Source: Octopus vulgaris (taxonomy: Eukaryota). Taken from it: a DNA stretch of 64,000 nucleotides. This document shows positions 14,063 to 28,665 of the stretch, one piece after another. Position numbers and translations under genes: made by a program. Location: positions 22,134,001-22,198,000 of the forward strand of contig OX597840.1 of NCBI GenBank assembly GCA_951406725.2. The letters run 5' to 3'. Position 1 is the first letter of the stretch; each line of letters opens with the position of its first letter. A model generated the notes under the pieces. The model saw nothing but the letters and a program-made list of their open reading frames with translations. It was not told the DNA's origin and made no database searches.

Positions 14063-14195
14063 GTAATATATCTATAAATGTATTATATTGTATATAATAT
14101 ATATAAGTATATATGTATATGTAAATGAACAAATATATATATACATATATGGATACACATGTATATATATATATATACATATATGGATACACATG

Positions 14196-14251
<56 letters not shown>

Positions 14252-14613
14252 CACAAACACATACATACACGTACATATGCATGTGTGTGTGTGTGGTAAT
14301 GTATCATAAGGATATTTGGCATTGCCAAGGAAACCAAATATTCAGACATTCTGGGATATGCACATTGGTGTCTTATCTTGTAACAATTGCTTCTTTTTTT
14401 TTTTCTCCTTCCATTTTCTTTCATTTCCATTCTCTGTCCTCTCTTTACTCCATCCTTGTGATGAAGGATTGACGTCTGAACTGGTGAGAAATGGCTATTT
14501 TTGTGTCATTCAGTGTGAAACTGACAAGTATAACTTTCATTCCTTTTCATATTGTCTTTTCTTTTGCTACTTTCTTAGTTTTATTTTATCAATCTAGCAA
14601 ATATATATATAAA

Positions 14614-14671
<58 letters not shown>

Positions 14672-14750
14672 TCAAGTAGGTACTGTAAGTTTAGAGTGAA
14701 TATTTGATAAGTCTAAGCACCTGTGTATGTCAGATATTGGCAGAGGTGTA

Positions 14751-14785
<35 letters not shown>

Positions 14786-15727
14786 CTCAAGATTTGACAG
14801 TATCAAGTTTTTCAAAAGTAAAATCACCAAGGTAGAGTCAGGGATAGTGCACCTGTGTACCAACAATGTATACTAATGTATAAAGATTCCCTTTGGTCAT
14901 GAATGACCGTGGAATTGCAGCAAGAAAGTTCCCTTCTGAGGCACAAGTCTAGACAAGGTTGTCTATGGAAGACCTGCAGTCATCCGTGTAATACTAGCCT
15001 CTCCTCTCCTTGCCACTGATGTTATCCAAGGGAAAGGTAAAGATTGATATAGCTTGACATTGGTGATGTCACAACTCATTTCTACAGCTGAGTTAACTGG
15101 AGCAACGTGAAATAACACAGCCTGGTCTAGGAATTGAACACATTATCTGTGGCTGTGAACCCAATGCTCTAACCACTGAGCCATGCGCCTTCACCAACAT
15201 ATACGTACTTATTAAAGTAAATATGGATTTGTCCTTCCAGTTATGCATACATTCACAGGTAACTGACTGAATATACGAGGTAACATCAAAGTCACACAGG
15301 ATTACACGCATTCCAGGTATTCCACTGTTGACTTTGTACTTCAGATCCAAACGAATGGAAAATTCTGCGTCAGGTGAAGAATTAATATTTACAGATAGGT
15401 AGCAGTTCACTACAGCTGTTTCAGAGTTTCAGATGTGTTTTTTAATGATGGACAAAAGTGTTACATCTTGCAAAAAAATGTTTTTGTCAGGTGAATACAG
15501 GTATGAATTAAGAATTAGAAATTCTCACAAAACAGAATATAGTGCCATATGACTCAACTGATCTGATGTCAGCAGGTGAATACAGGTAAGAATTAACAAT
15601 TAAAACTTCTTGCAAAACAGAACACAGTCCCATATGACTCAAGTAACCTGCCAAAATGAGGTCAGTTGAGTTATATGGCACTATATTCTGTTTTGTGAGA
15701 AGTTCTAATTGTTAATTCTTACCTGTA

Positions 15728-15813
15728 TTCACCTGATGAGAAGGTTTTGTTTTTTACATGATGTAAAACTTCTATTCACCAATAAAAAACATGTCTGAAA
15801 CAGCTGTAGTGAA
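15728..15813 (+). ncRNA. Hammerhead ribozyme motif with extended stem II
   Basis: UUCAC-CUGAUGA-(57 nt)-GAAA-CAGCUG-UA|GUGAA; a degenerate antisense twin lies at 15406-15495. Confidence 0.6.
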
Positions 15814-15885
15814 CCAAAATCCATCTCTGTTATTATATACATATATAAATATATATACAGACGTGTGTGTGTGTGTGTGTGTGTG

Positions 15886-16865
15886 TACAAGACGACCCAA
15901 AAAATGTATACACACTTTAAACAATTTTAAATTAGGTGTTTAGTAAAATACATTTCATTTTCAAAATTTAATAGAATCTACAGACATTATTTTATTGTTT
16001 TGTCAATGTCTGTTTTCAAACTGATGTCCAATCTGGTCCAGGCACTGCTGACAAAGTGAAGCAATATAATCGTAAACATTACGAAACAATTCGTTTGGTA
16101 TTTGTGTGCATTCTTGTTCAATGGCTGCTCTCAAATCAGTGACTGTTGCAGGTTTCATAGCATAGACTTTGTCTTTTAGGTATCCCTATAAAAAAAAAGT
16201 CTAGCAGTGTGAGGTCTGGTGAACACAGCATGTATTCATTGAAACCCCTTCATTTGACAAGATCTCACCAAGGAAGGATCTAACGTCACGATGGTAGTGT
16301 GGGGGTGCACCATCTTGCTGAAAATCAAACTCCTCATCTTCAAAGTCTTCTCTAATGCTTGACATGAGAGACTGTTGCAGCAAGTTCAAGCAAACGGGAC
16401 CAAACACAGTAGCATCAAAAGAGAATGGTCCAATTAATCCTCTTGGTGGTAAGCCACATCACACTGTAATTCCTGGTAAATTATCATGCTGTTCCACCAT
16501 AACATGCGGATTCTCAGGTCCCCAGTAGGTGCAATTGTGGCGGTTAATTGAACCATTTAATTTGAATGTGGCCTCATCACTCCACACAATCTTTGTTGGT
16601 AAGTGTGCATCTTCTGCAAATCGTGCCAAGTACTACTCACAATACTGCACTCTTTGGTCTGGATCATCATCATTAATAGCATAGATGGACAAGTCTTGGA
16701 ACGTAACTTTTCCCACTTCCAGTAACGTTTTGGAATGAATTTCTTTTGCTCAAAGGTTAGTCTGACTGCCATCATTAATTCCAATGAGTTTAATTTGGAA
16801 AGAAAAAACATCAATTGAGTTATCAGCTGCTAAAGTGTGTATACATTTTTTGGGGACACCCTGTA
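15886..16865 (-). mobile_element. Tc1/mariner-superfamily element (maT/rosa-like), internally deleted
   Basis: TIR pair CCCAAAAAATGTATACACACTTTA / TAAAGTGTGTATACATTTTTTGGGG with TA ends; remnants [42 protein letters not shown]. Confidence 0.88.
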
Positions 16866-16897
16866 TATATATGTATATATATATATATATATATATT

Positions 16898-16965
<68 letters not shown>

Positions 16966-16966
<1 letters not shown>

Positions 16967-17396
16967 TGAGAAAAGAGGAGGCCACCAGAGTTTTGGAAAA
17001 AGCATTTTTTTATTTAGTCATTGTTATTAGTGCTTTCATTCGTTTTTTGAACTTGTCAAAATTTTTTTGTGAATATACAAACAGGTTGTTTATTTATATA
17101 AAACAGATATTTTTTGTTTTATTTAGAAGAGGAGAACATTGGTTTTATTTTGTTTTTTTTGGGGGGTGTGAGGTTCCAGAACACTGGAACCTCACCCAAA
17201 AACACAAAATAACAAAAACAATGTTCTCCTCTTCTAAACAAAACAAAAAAAAACACCTGATTTATATAAACTAAGTAACTGTTTGCACATTCACAATTTT
17301 ATTTGACAAGTTCGAAAAATGAATGAAAGCTCAAATAAAAATGACTAAATATAAAAATTATTTTTCCAAAACTCTGGCAACCTCTTCTTTTTTCAA
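16966..17396. repeat. About 430-bp diverged palindrome between microsatellites
   Basis: Centre GTGAGGTTCCAG-AACA-CTGGAACCTCAC; outer CCAGAGTTTTGGAAAAA / TTTTTCCAAAACTCTGG. Confidence 0.9.
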
Positions 17397-17436
17397 CATT
17401 CAATATCCATCTATCTAGCTATACATACACACACAC

Positions 17437-17495
<59 letters not shown>

Positions 17496-17757
17496 CAGAA
17501 TATGATGGGTTTAGTTCACTGGAGATCTAAATGAATAGGTACGCTGAGTAAGTGCTATAATTGGTCATCTGTTAGGTTCCAAGTTCACAGCAGAGACTGG
17601 AGCCAGGGATCTGTATCAGGCTTTCGAGTTGGCAGGTATATATTACATCAGAGGAAAAAGGACAACAAAAACCAAGGCAGGACAGTATTTTCAAAATACA
17701 AAATGGCTGATCGTTAGTAAGGAAAGACACACAAATAAGAAAGAAGAAAGCAAAGGA

Positions 17758-17797
17758 CCACTGATGAGGTCACAGAAGTGTGACGAAAGAACTCTGG
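17758..17797 (+). ncRNA. Minimal type-I hammerhead ribozyme motif
   Basis: CCA-CUGAUGA-G-GUCAC(AGAAGU)GUGAC-GAAA-GAAC-UC|UGG; related copies at 12104-12146(+) and 11970-12012(-). Confidence 0.7.
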
Positions 17798-18989
17798 CCG
17801 AAATATGATTAATGTAAAAAATAAAATAAAGCTGAAGCAAATTAACACCAGATATATAGTGTGTGTGTTTTATTGGCTAAACTGGCAACATGACCATCCC
17901 TAAATACAACAATATCTGTTTCAACACACGATTTCAGATCAAGAATCTCACAAAACGAATATATAGACGTATATATGTGTGTGCATGTGTGTGTGTATGT
18001 ATTTTATGGAGGTATATATATGTATGTGTATACATGTACAGAAGCAAGCAATCAGAAAGGCAAATAAGTGAATAAAAAAAGGGATGGATAGATGGATTGG
18101 TGGCTGGTTGGCTTTCTGGCTGGTTGGATAATCACAGGCCTCTCTGTTCCTTTAAAGAAAATCCAAGTTTATAATTTTAATTGAAACATATTTTCATTTT
18201 TGATATTCCATACGCAACAGGTACACACTTACACACACACATGCAGACATACTCACGTACATACAAATACACACAAACACATTCATACACACACTCTGAA
18301 ACACATACTCACATGCACTCAGGCACACTCATACAGATATATACACACACACACAAGGACATACTCGCATGCATGCCCACACACACATACACTTACATTC
18401 AGTTATAGTCACACACTTTATATACACATACACTCACACTTTCACACACATATATACACATACACACACACTCACACACTTTATACACACACTCTCACAG
18501 GCACTGACAAACACACATGTATACAGACATATGCAAACACACACATGTACACATACACTTTATACACATACACTCTCATATGTACACACACACACAGTTC
18601 AGATTATTAGAAAATCATTCCCACCATTAAAAATAAAATATGGTAAGAAAAAAAGGTTCCAACAAATTTCATTCTTTTGCTAAGCTGCAATTGAACTGGA
18701 AGTGAGAAACGGCAAGGAATGGAATGGTAAATTAAAACATTTCCTTACCAAACACATAAAAAACACACAAGACAAAAATCTAAGGTAAAGATCATTTGAA
18801 CTCGTTAAAAATCTAAATGCAGTTAAGTATTTTTTTTTGTGTGTGTGAGCTTTTTTGCATTTCTGTTTTATTTCTCAAAAACATGGCTGAAAGCAATGAC
18901 ATGATTAAACAGCTTCTGAAAAAAAAATTTCTAAGTAGGTAGCTTCAGAGGAAACTGGCACATCTGCACACATGCACTAAGTACACACA

Positions 18990-20625
<1,636 letters not shown>

Positions 20626-20753
20626 ATAGTTGAAATTTACAGAAAAACAAAAGACGAAGACAGGTGTATGAACAACAAGCCGTTGTATTAGTTTGTCACT
20701 CGGGAAGGTGAGAAAGTTTTACATTTCGAGCCTACGCTCTTCAATAGAAAGGA

Positions 20754-20786
<33 letters not shown>

Positions 20787-21017
20787 CGTATGTACATACA
20801 TACGTACATATGTATGTATGTATAGGTATATATATATATATACATATATGTATGTGGTGATTTGACATCTATTTTTAGTATATAGGATTCTACTTTAGTG
20901 GTCATTCCTCTTATTAATTGTAATATAATTTTTAAATCTTTGGATTTTTTTGAATATGCTAGACCACTGATTAAAATTAATGTTAATTTATATTAATTCT
21001 AATAATCTGAATTATTA

Positions 21018-21363
21018 GGCGCAGGAGTGGCTGTGTGGTAAGCAGCTTGCTTCCCAACCACACTGTTCCAGGTTCAGTCCGACTACGTGGAATCTTGGGC
21101 AAGTGTTTTCTACTATAGCCTCAGACCGACCAAAGCCTTGTGAATGGATTTGGTAGACGGAAACTGAAAGAAGCCTGTTGTATATATGTATGTGTGTGAG
21201 CTTGATATCAATGCTGGTGTGTTTATGTCCCTGTAACTTAGCAGTTCGGCATAAGAGACCAATAGAATAAGTACTAGGCTTACTAAGAATAAGTCGATTT
21301 GCTCGACTAAAGGCAATGCTCCAGCATGGCCGCAGTTAAAATGACTGAAACAAATAAAAGAAT
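21018..21363 (+). mobile_element. tRNA-derived SINE family A (octopus-type), near full length
   Basis: GGCGCAGGAGTGGCTGTGTGGTAAG (A box)...GGTTCAGTCC (B box)...GATTTGGTAGACGGAAACTGAAAGAAGCC...GCTCCAGCATGGCCGCAG...GACTGAAACAA. Other copies at about 6503-6875(-), 12587-13025(+), 25205-25810(-), 35310-35725(+), 38545-38870(-), 40905-41320(+), 47900-48115(-), 48120-48430(+), 48452-48602(-), 57525-57890(-), 60095-60505(-). Confidence 0.9.
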
Positions 21364-21935
21364 ATCAATTTCTACCCACATTATTTAATATATGTGTATG
21401 TATATACATATATAGTTGAAATTTACAGGAAAACAAAAGACAAAGACAGGCGTATTAGTTTGACACTCAGGAAGGTGAGAAAGTCTTTTATGTTTCAAGC
21501 CTATGCTCTTCAACAGAAAGGAACACAAGGAAATAAGCTGAGAGAGAATTTAAAAAAAACTTGTGGAGTTAGCGGTCAATCATGGCAACTAGTTGGACAA
21601 AGGTAGTTAGACAGGAGAGCAAGGGAGAAGGGGAGATAATATAGTACTCAAAACAAAGGTGCACGTGTGGATAGGGGCTAGTGACTTTGACATGTGGATG
21701 TATGCATGTGTGTGTGTCTAATGGATAGGTGAGTGGATGATGGTGTGGGTGCTGGGAAGTGGTCAGTGCTTGTGTGTGCAGAGTGGTGTGGGATGGTGTG
21801 ATATGGTGTGGTGTGACGGTGTTGGGGTGTGGGGATGTAAGGGTGGGGTGTTGGTTTGGGGTGAGGATGTGGGGTGGGGAATACGAAACTTATAATGGCT
21901 CACATTTAATTTCTGTGTTTATTAAAATATGTATC

Positions 21936-21981
<46 letters not shown>

Positions 21982-22053
21982 GATAGAGATAGACAGACAG
22001 ACAGATAGATAGATATATATGTCTGTATTTATCTGTCAATCTATCTATCTATT

Positions 22054-22106
<53 letters not shown>

Positions 22107-23066
22107 TCATCATCAATATCATTGTTTAATGTCTACATTCTATGCTGTCATGGACAGTTTGACATGAGCTGACCAGGAAGAAGACTGCACCAGACTTCTG
22201 TGTCTGTTTTGGCATTTTTATTTTTTTGTGTTTGTTCCTCACCACAACTTGACAACCAGTGTTGGTGTTTTTACATCCCCATAACTTAGCAGTTCAGCAG
22301 AAGAGACCAATAGAATAAAAACCTGGCTTTAAAAAAATAAGTTCTGGGGTAGTTTCATTCAAAAGATTGGTAAAAGATTAAAAGATTAGATGGATTAATG
22401 TTTGTAGAATTTGGATAATTTGCGAGAAATAAGTAGATAATAGAAGTAGACACATTAATTTACTGATCTTCGTGTTTGGAACATTAATTTCACTTATTGT
22501 CTTTCTGTATTTAATATCATTCTGTTTGATGGACGGCACAGATATTGTCTTTTATTCCAGAGTCATGCCAGTAGCCAACTTGTTGGTTATTGGCTTGGAA
22601 TGTTTCATGTGGTTCAGTTTTCCTATTCTTACACACATACAACACCCAAATACATATACGTACATATCTCTTTAAACATAGAAGCACACATACGTTGTGA
22701 ATGCTTTTAGTTTGACGTCTTTTTCTGTCTCCTTTTCTCTCCCCCACTTTCTCTCTCTCTCTCCCTCTACAATTTCCCCATGTTGCTATCTGTCTCTCTA
22801 TTTTGCCTTCCTCTCTCTCTCTCTTTCTTTTCATTTCTTCTCTGTTGCTCTCCATCTCTCTCTCTCTGTCCTCTACCACTTTTTCTCCTCCCTCCCACTG
22901 CCACATGATCCATGGATTGAACTCAAAACCTCTAGGTAACTGCACAGCATTAACCAGTGCCTTTATCCACCACCGCTTTGCCTGCAGGCAGTGTCAGAGT
23001 CAATTGTTTCAAAAGGCTTACTTATGTCAGCTCCAAACCAATTGGAAGTATACAAATGTACAATTA

Positions 23067-23109
<43 letters not shown>

Positions 23110-24666
23110 ACGTGCGCACTTGTGTGGAATATGTCCAATATGGATCTGGAAAGCCCATAGTTCAATTCACAGCTTACTACAGATTCTTGTGTAGAGTGGT
23201 TATGTTTATCAATAGCAAAAAGGCCCTGAGGAGAGAGAGAGAGAGAGCTCATCTAATTTGAAGCTACTGGCATTTCTTCCAGTTCTATGCTCCTAAGTTC
23301 AAATGCCACCAAAGTCAACTCAGCCTTTTATCTTTTCAGGGTCAATGAAATAAATATCATGAGAGCACTGCAATCAAAATAATCAACCAGCTCCCTCCCG
23401 CCAAAAAATTTCAGTCCTTCTGCCTATAATAGAAAGAAATATTATTATTGTTATTGTTATTATTATTATTATTATTATTATATACAATGAATGCATTGCC
23501 TAGTGGCTAGGGTGTTGCATGGTTTCAATTCCTAGATCAGACAGAGTTGTGTTCTTGTGCAAAACATTTCTTCCCACGTTGCTCTGTTATCACTTTGACA
23601 CATGACATGTGGCATGCTGTACACCTGTTCAGGTAACAGTGATTTGATGGAGAGAGTGAGGTAATGTGTGGCACATACATTTGATCACTATAAGCAAATC
23701 ATTTGTGCAGGGAAACTCAGCAAAAGCTGAATGCTCATATGTTGCCTTCAACGGGAGAGTCCATTGTTATATACAAAGATTACAGAGGTTATTCAAATCC
23801 ATAATGCATCTTCGTTAGTTTGGTCTGAAAATTTTACAAATTATCAGATTAATTATTTTGTTGATTCTAGAATATTCTTTAATCATTATTGCTTCACATT
23901 CATATTTTATTAACTTTGTTAATTCTCTTTTAAATCATCCTTCTTTTGTATCCTACCAAGGGTCAACTTTTCCTTTCTCCAAGGTTCTCAAAAAAACAAA
24001 AGTAAAAAAAATAAAAACAAAAGTACCTATCATGAACTGGGGATTAATGTAATCAACCATTCGTTAACCCAACTCATCTTGGAAGCCTTTCTTTCCTTTC
24101 GAAAGAAATCTGTTATGGAAGTGCAATATGGTAATGAAGAAGATGTAAGCAATCGCTGTTTACAGAGTGGTTACTTGACCCCTGGAAGGGGATCCCCATC
24201 ATTTACATGTGAGAAGACTATGAAATGGATTAGCCATGGAACAACAACAACAACAGCCATAACAATAGCAACAACAATATGAACCGTTTATAAATTATGT
24301 ATGAGGACAGTTGATTGACTGACAAAGTTTATAGTTGAAGCAGAATTGATATGAGGGTGGTGGGTGGTGGGTGGATGGATGGTGGGAACTGTTGCTGAGA
24401 GCTAGCGGTGAGAGTAGAGACATACAGGTTTTATTAAAATAAACAGAATACAAGAGTGAGGTATGATAAGATATATCAAATTATCATATCAATATACACA
24501 CGTGTGCACACGCATGCGTGTGTGTGCATCTAACCAATTTAAAGAGAGGACATGGTGATACTATGCATATATACACATACTGTGTATATTCATGCACAAG
24601 TGTATGCAGATGGAAGTGTGCATGCAACTGAATACTTCTGCTTGTGTAGCTATGTTTATATGTACA

Positions 24667-24711
<45 letters not shown>

Positions 24712-24777
24712 TCAAATATATATATTCATACATACTTATATATACATATCTATATAAATATATCTATATAAATGTAT

Positions 24778-24823
<46 letters not shown>

Positions 24824-27284
24824 GCTTGTGTATATACATATATGTGTATGTGTGTTGGATATATATGGTTATTTGTATGGGTTTATAAAAGGTGTGTATC
24901 AACATTTGCGTCTGTTTATAGTTTAGTGTACTCGTATGTCCACGTGTGTGTCTGCGCGGGGGGTGGGGGTTAGGGAGTATAAAGTCCAGTGTCAAACAGT
25001 CAAGTTACTGATAAAATTAATTCAAAATCAGGAATCATCTTCCTACACAAGTCATGTCTTCAAGTTGTATGCAATAGGCAACATAATCAGACATGTCACT
25101 ATGTGAGAATATATATATATATATACATAAATGCATGCATACACACACATGCATACACACGCACATGCATACACACACACACATATGTATGTATATGTAT
25201 GTATCTTCTATCTTGTACTTATTTGAATCATGAGACTGCGACCATGCTGGGGCACCACCTTGAAGAATTTTTAGTCAAATGTATCGACCCCAGTACTTAC
25301 TATTTATAAGCCTGGTACTTATTCTTTCAGTCTCTTTTGCTGGACTGCTAAGTTACAGGGACACAAACACACCAGCACCAGTTGTCAAGCAGGAGTGGTG
25401 GGACAAACACAGACACAAAGATACACACACAGATAGACATGTATATGTATATTAGAAGAAATGAGGTACTCAGAAGATCGGATGGTTTATATTTACAGAT
25501 ATTTATTTGTATATTACATTTTTTATATATCATATATATCAGGAACTTAGTTTGATTTGAAAACCCCACTAGAATGGGAGAAAGCGCTAATACATGATCT
25601 AAGTTATATGATATATAAAAAATGTAATATACAAATAAATATCTGTAAATATAAACCATCCGATTTTCTGAGTACCTCATTTCTTCTAATATAAAATACC
25701 TGTACATCATCTCCAAACCTTCCAATATATATATATGTATATATATACATATATATACATACAATGGGCTTCTTTCAGATTCTGTCAACCAAATCCACTC
25801 ACAAGGCATTGTTTGTGTGCCGAAATGGTTCAACACCAAAATATTTGATACCGAATGGATTTAGCACTGAATCAATGACAACAAAAGAGAGTTCTAAAGC
25901 ATATAACAAAACACCTCTAACTCTGATGGTAATCTATATATATATATGTGTATATATACACATATATAGACCTTACAACGAAAAGCAGCCTTCCACAGAA
26001 CTGTTTACCTCACTACTTTGATTAACAGCAGCTGAAGGACGAGATGTGTTCTTGTGCCTGTGAAATAGTGTAATGTGAAACATAGTGTAATATAAATATC
26101 TCACTTCCAACATAAATACTAGTATGATTTTCTTTCATTTGTACACCTGTGTGCATATAAATACACGCAAACATACGTACATAAACACATGTGTTCATAC
26201 ATAATACATACACACACATGCATACATATATCCATACATACACATACATACAGGCAGACAGACAGACTTTTGATAAACAAAACTGTACTGTCTGAACTAA
26301 GGAAATACTGCAGAAACCTTGTAAAGTGTTATTCTCCACTCAAGAAACCTTGTAAAGTCTGATTCTTCATTCAAGACTATTGAAGCGTCTACACTTGACA
26401 AAAGTACCTATTATTTAGTTGCTGCCATTGAGAGTCTGGCAAAAACCTAGGCAATGATTCTTACACGGCTGAAAACAGAATTATCGTCCCCAATTTTATA
26501 AATATTTCAATGGAAATCTTCCAAAGAGATAGTTTTTTTTCTTGTAATTCTGTTCATTTTGGCATTAAATCCATTATCGTTTTTACTACAAAAATCAAAT
26601 GGCTACATGCTAAAGTTAGCAACTGCTAAAGTTACAATGTAACCCATAATTTTTAGGCTAAAAATATCTGCCATAGCAAAAAACAGATGGAGTTAATTAT
26701 ATTTTCAACTGGCATAGGAATGGTATTTGGCCAGAAGAAACGTTCATATTTCATTGATATGTGGAAAACCAGTCCCCGAGACCCAAACCTGTGCATCAAT
26801 GTCCTCTCTATCTCTCCTCCTCATTATCATCATCATCATTTAATGTCTGCCTTCCATGCTGGCATGGAATGAATAGTTTGACAGGAGCTGACCAGACAAG
26901 ACTTCACCAGACTTCTGCATCTGTTCTGGCATGGTTTTTACAGCTAGATGCCCTTCCTAACACCAACCACCCAGCAGAGAAGACCGAGTGCTTTTTATGT
27001 GGCACCAGCACAGGGGAGGTCAGTTTTAGCATGGTTTTTAAAGCTGGATGCCCTCCCAAACACCAACCACTTTACGTGACTGAATGTTTTTTACCTGGCA
27101 CCAGAACTGGTAGGGTCACCAAGTAACTTGCAAGACAAGGTATGTTTGAGAGGAGAGCGGGACAATCTGCTGACAGCCACTGACCAGATCTGTGGATGGA
27201 GCAAAGTACCATCTCGACCCAGAGTAACATGGTGGTGGAACACTGTGGTTGACAGGGCTATTATGCCAGGACCCCTGGACTGGT

Positions 27285-27598
27285 GGTACGTAAAAAGCAC
27301 TATCTGACTCGTGGCCGATGCCAGCGCCGCCTCGACTGGCTTCCGTGCCGGTGGCACGTAAAATGCACCAATCCAACCGTGGCCATTGCCAGCCTCGCCT
27401 GGCACCTGTGCAGGTGGCACATAAAAAGCACCCACTACACTCACAGAGTGGTTGGCGTTAGGAAGGGCATCCACCTGTAGAAACATTGCCAGATAAGACT
27501 GGAGCCTGGTGCAGCCTTCTGGCTTCCCAGATCCCCGGTCGAACCGCCCAACCCATGCTAGCATGGAGAACGGACGTTAAACGATGATGATGATGATG
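27285..27598 (+). mobile_element. Interspersed repeat family C with (GAT)n tail (SINE or LINE 3' end)
   Basis: GTGGCACGTAAAAAGCAC subrepeats...GTTGGCGTTAGGAAGGGCATCCA...CCCATGCTAGCATGGA...CGTTAAACGATGATGATG. Copies at about 6105-6320(-), 26830-27135(-), 32020-32190(+), 51612-51860(-), 57915-58065(-). Confidence 0.85.
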
Positions 27599-27739
27599 TG
27601 ACTTGGTCAATGTTTCTAAATTTCCTCTTTCTCATCAATATCTTGTTTGCTATGGCCACATGTATTCTATTTCAGCCAGCCTCCCTTCTTTCTACAACAG
27701 GTACAAGGCCTGAAATTTGAGGAGAGGGGGGGATAATCT

Positions 27740-28495
27740 CCCTCACAACTGTCTCCCCACATGCCGCCAACTGCCGTACACTGACCGATGCTGTTGCTGC
27801 TCTGCCAACCGGTTCACTGCTGCGGATGACCTCATTGCTCATGCCTTCCGTGCTCACTCACGGGTTTTTTCCTTTTTCTTTCGCCTTCCTCGCTGCCAAC
27901 CCCCAGCCTCAACTTGACGTCCCTTTCTGCCCAGTGCACCGCCTCCACAAGGCATTTGTGGGTGACGTCAGCACCTTGATATGGCAGGCAGCATGTACCT
28001 CGCACTCTTGCTGCCGCTGCCACCACCGATGCTGTCCCACTTTCACTAGTCCTCCCATCCTCATCGTCTCCCATCCACTGATGTGTCACACCGCTACCCA
28101 AAACCGGCCCTCTTACTTTGACCTGCACCAGCACCTGTTCTTCCGCAGTGGCCCAGTGTGCAGTTGTCAGATTGTAAACCACTTTGCCCCTCAAACTCTT
28201 TGTTGTTTCTCCTCACCTCCACGCATCAGCAGTGGCGGCAGACATGTATATGAACGGCCGTCGACTGGATGAGCCCCAAGCGCTTGCTGGCTGGCAGCGA
28301 CTGATTCTGGTTCTTGCTCCTCATGTGGTGGTGGTGGTGGTGGTGGCAGTGGCAACTTCGTCATCGCGCAGCTACAGACACGTTGGTGTGACTCGCAGGG
28401 AAGAGGCTTTCCACCACACTGCTCATGACCATCCCATGCCACAGGCAGTGATGCCCCGCTTGCTACCTCATTGTCAAACAATCAAATCATGATGA
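27740..28495 (+). pseudogene. Probable rDNA 5' external transcribed spacer co-inserted with the 18S fragment
   Basis: GC-rich island in an AT-rich window that abuts the exact 18S 5' end; many TG/CA dinucleotides suggest CpG decay. Confidence 0.6.
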
Positions 28496-28665
28496 TACCT
28501 GGTTGATCCTGACAGTAGTCATATGCTTATTTCAAAGCTTAAGCCATGCAAGTGTAAGTTCATGCTCTAAAAGAATGGTGAAACTGCGAATGGCTCAGGA
28601 ATTGGACCTAATCCTCAGGAGGAGAATGGATAACTGTGGCAATTCTAGAGCTAATAAATGCAACC
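28496..28665 (+). pseudogene. Dispersed, decayed 5' fragment of 18S rRNA gene
   Basis: TACCTGGTTGATCCTG(A)CAGTAGTCATATGCTT...AAGCCATGC...GGTGAAACTGCGAATGGCTCA...TGGATAACTGTGGCAATTCTAGAGCTAATA match universal 18S 5' blocks with several substitutions; truncated after about 170 nt. Confidence 0.92.

Noticed and set aside
15488-15740. Repeated units as a CRISPR-like array
   Set aside because: Eukaryotic context, only three long copies in mixed orientation, no spacers or cas genes.
27826-28492. Several GC-rich ORFs of 96-148 aa
   Set aside because: Better explained as rDNA spacer-like DNA abutting the 18S fragment; stop scarcity follows from GC content.
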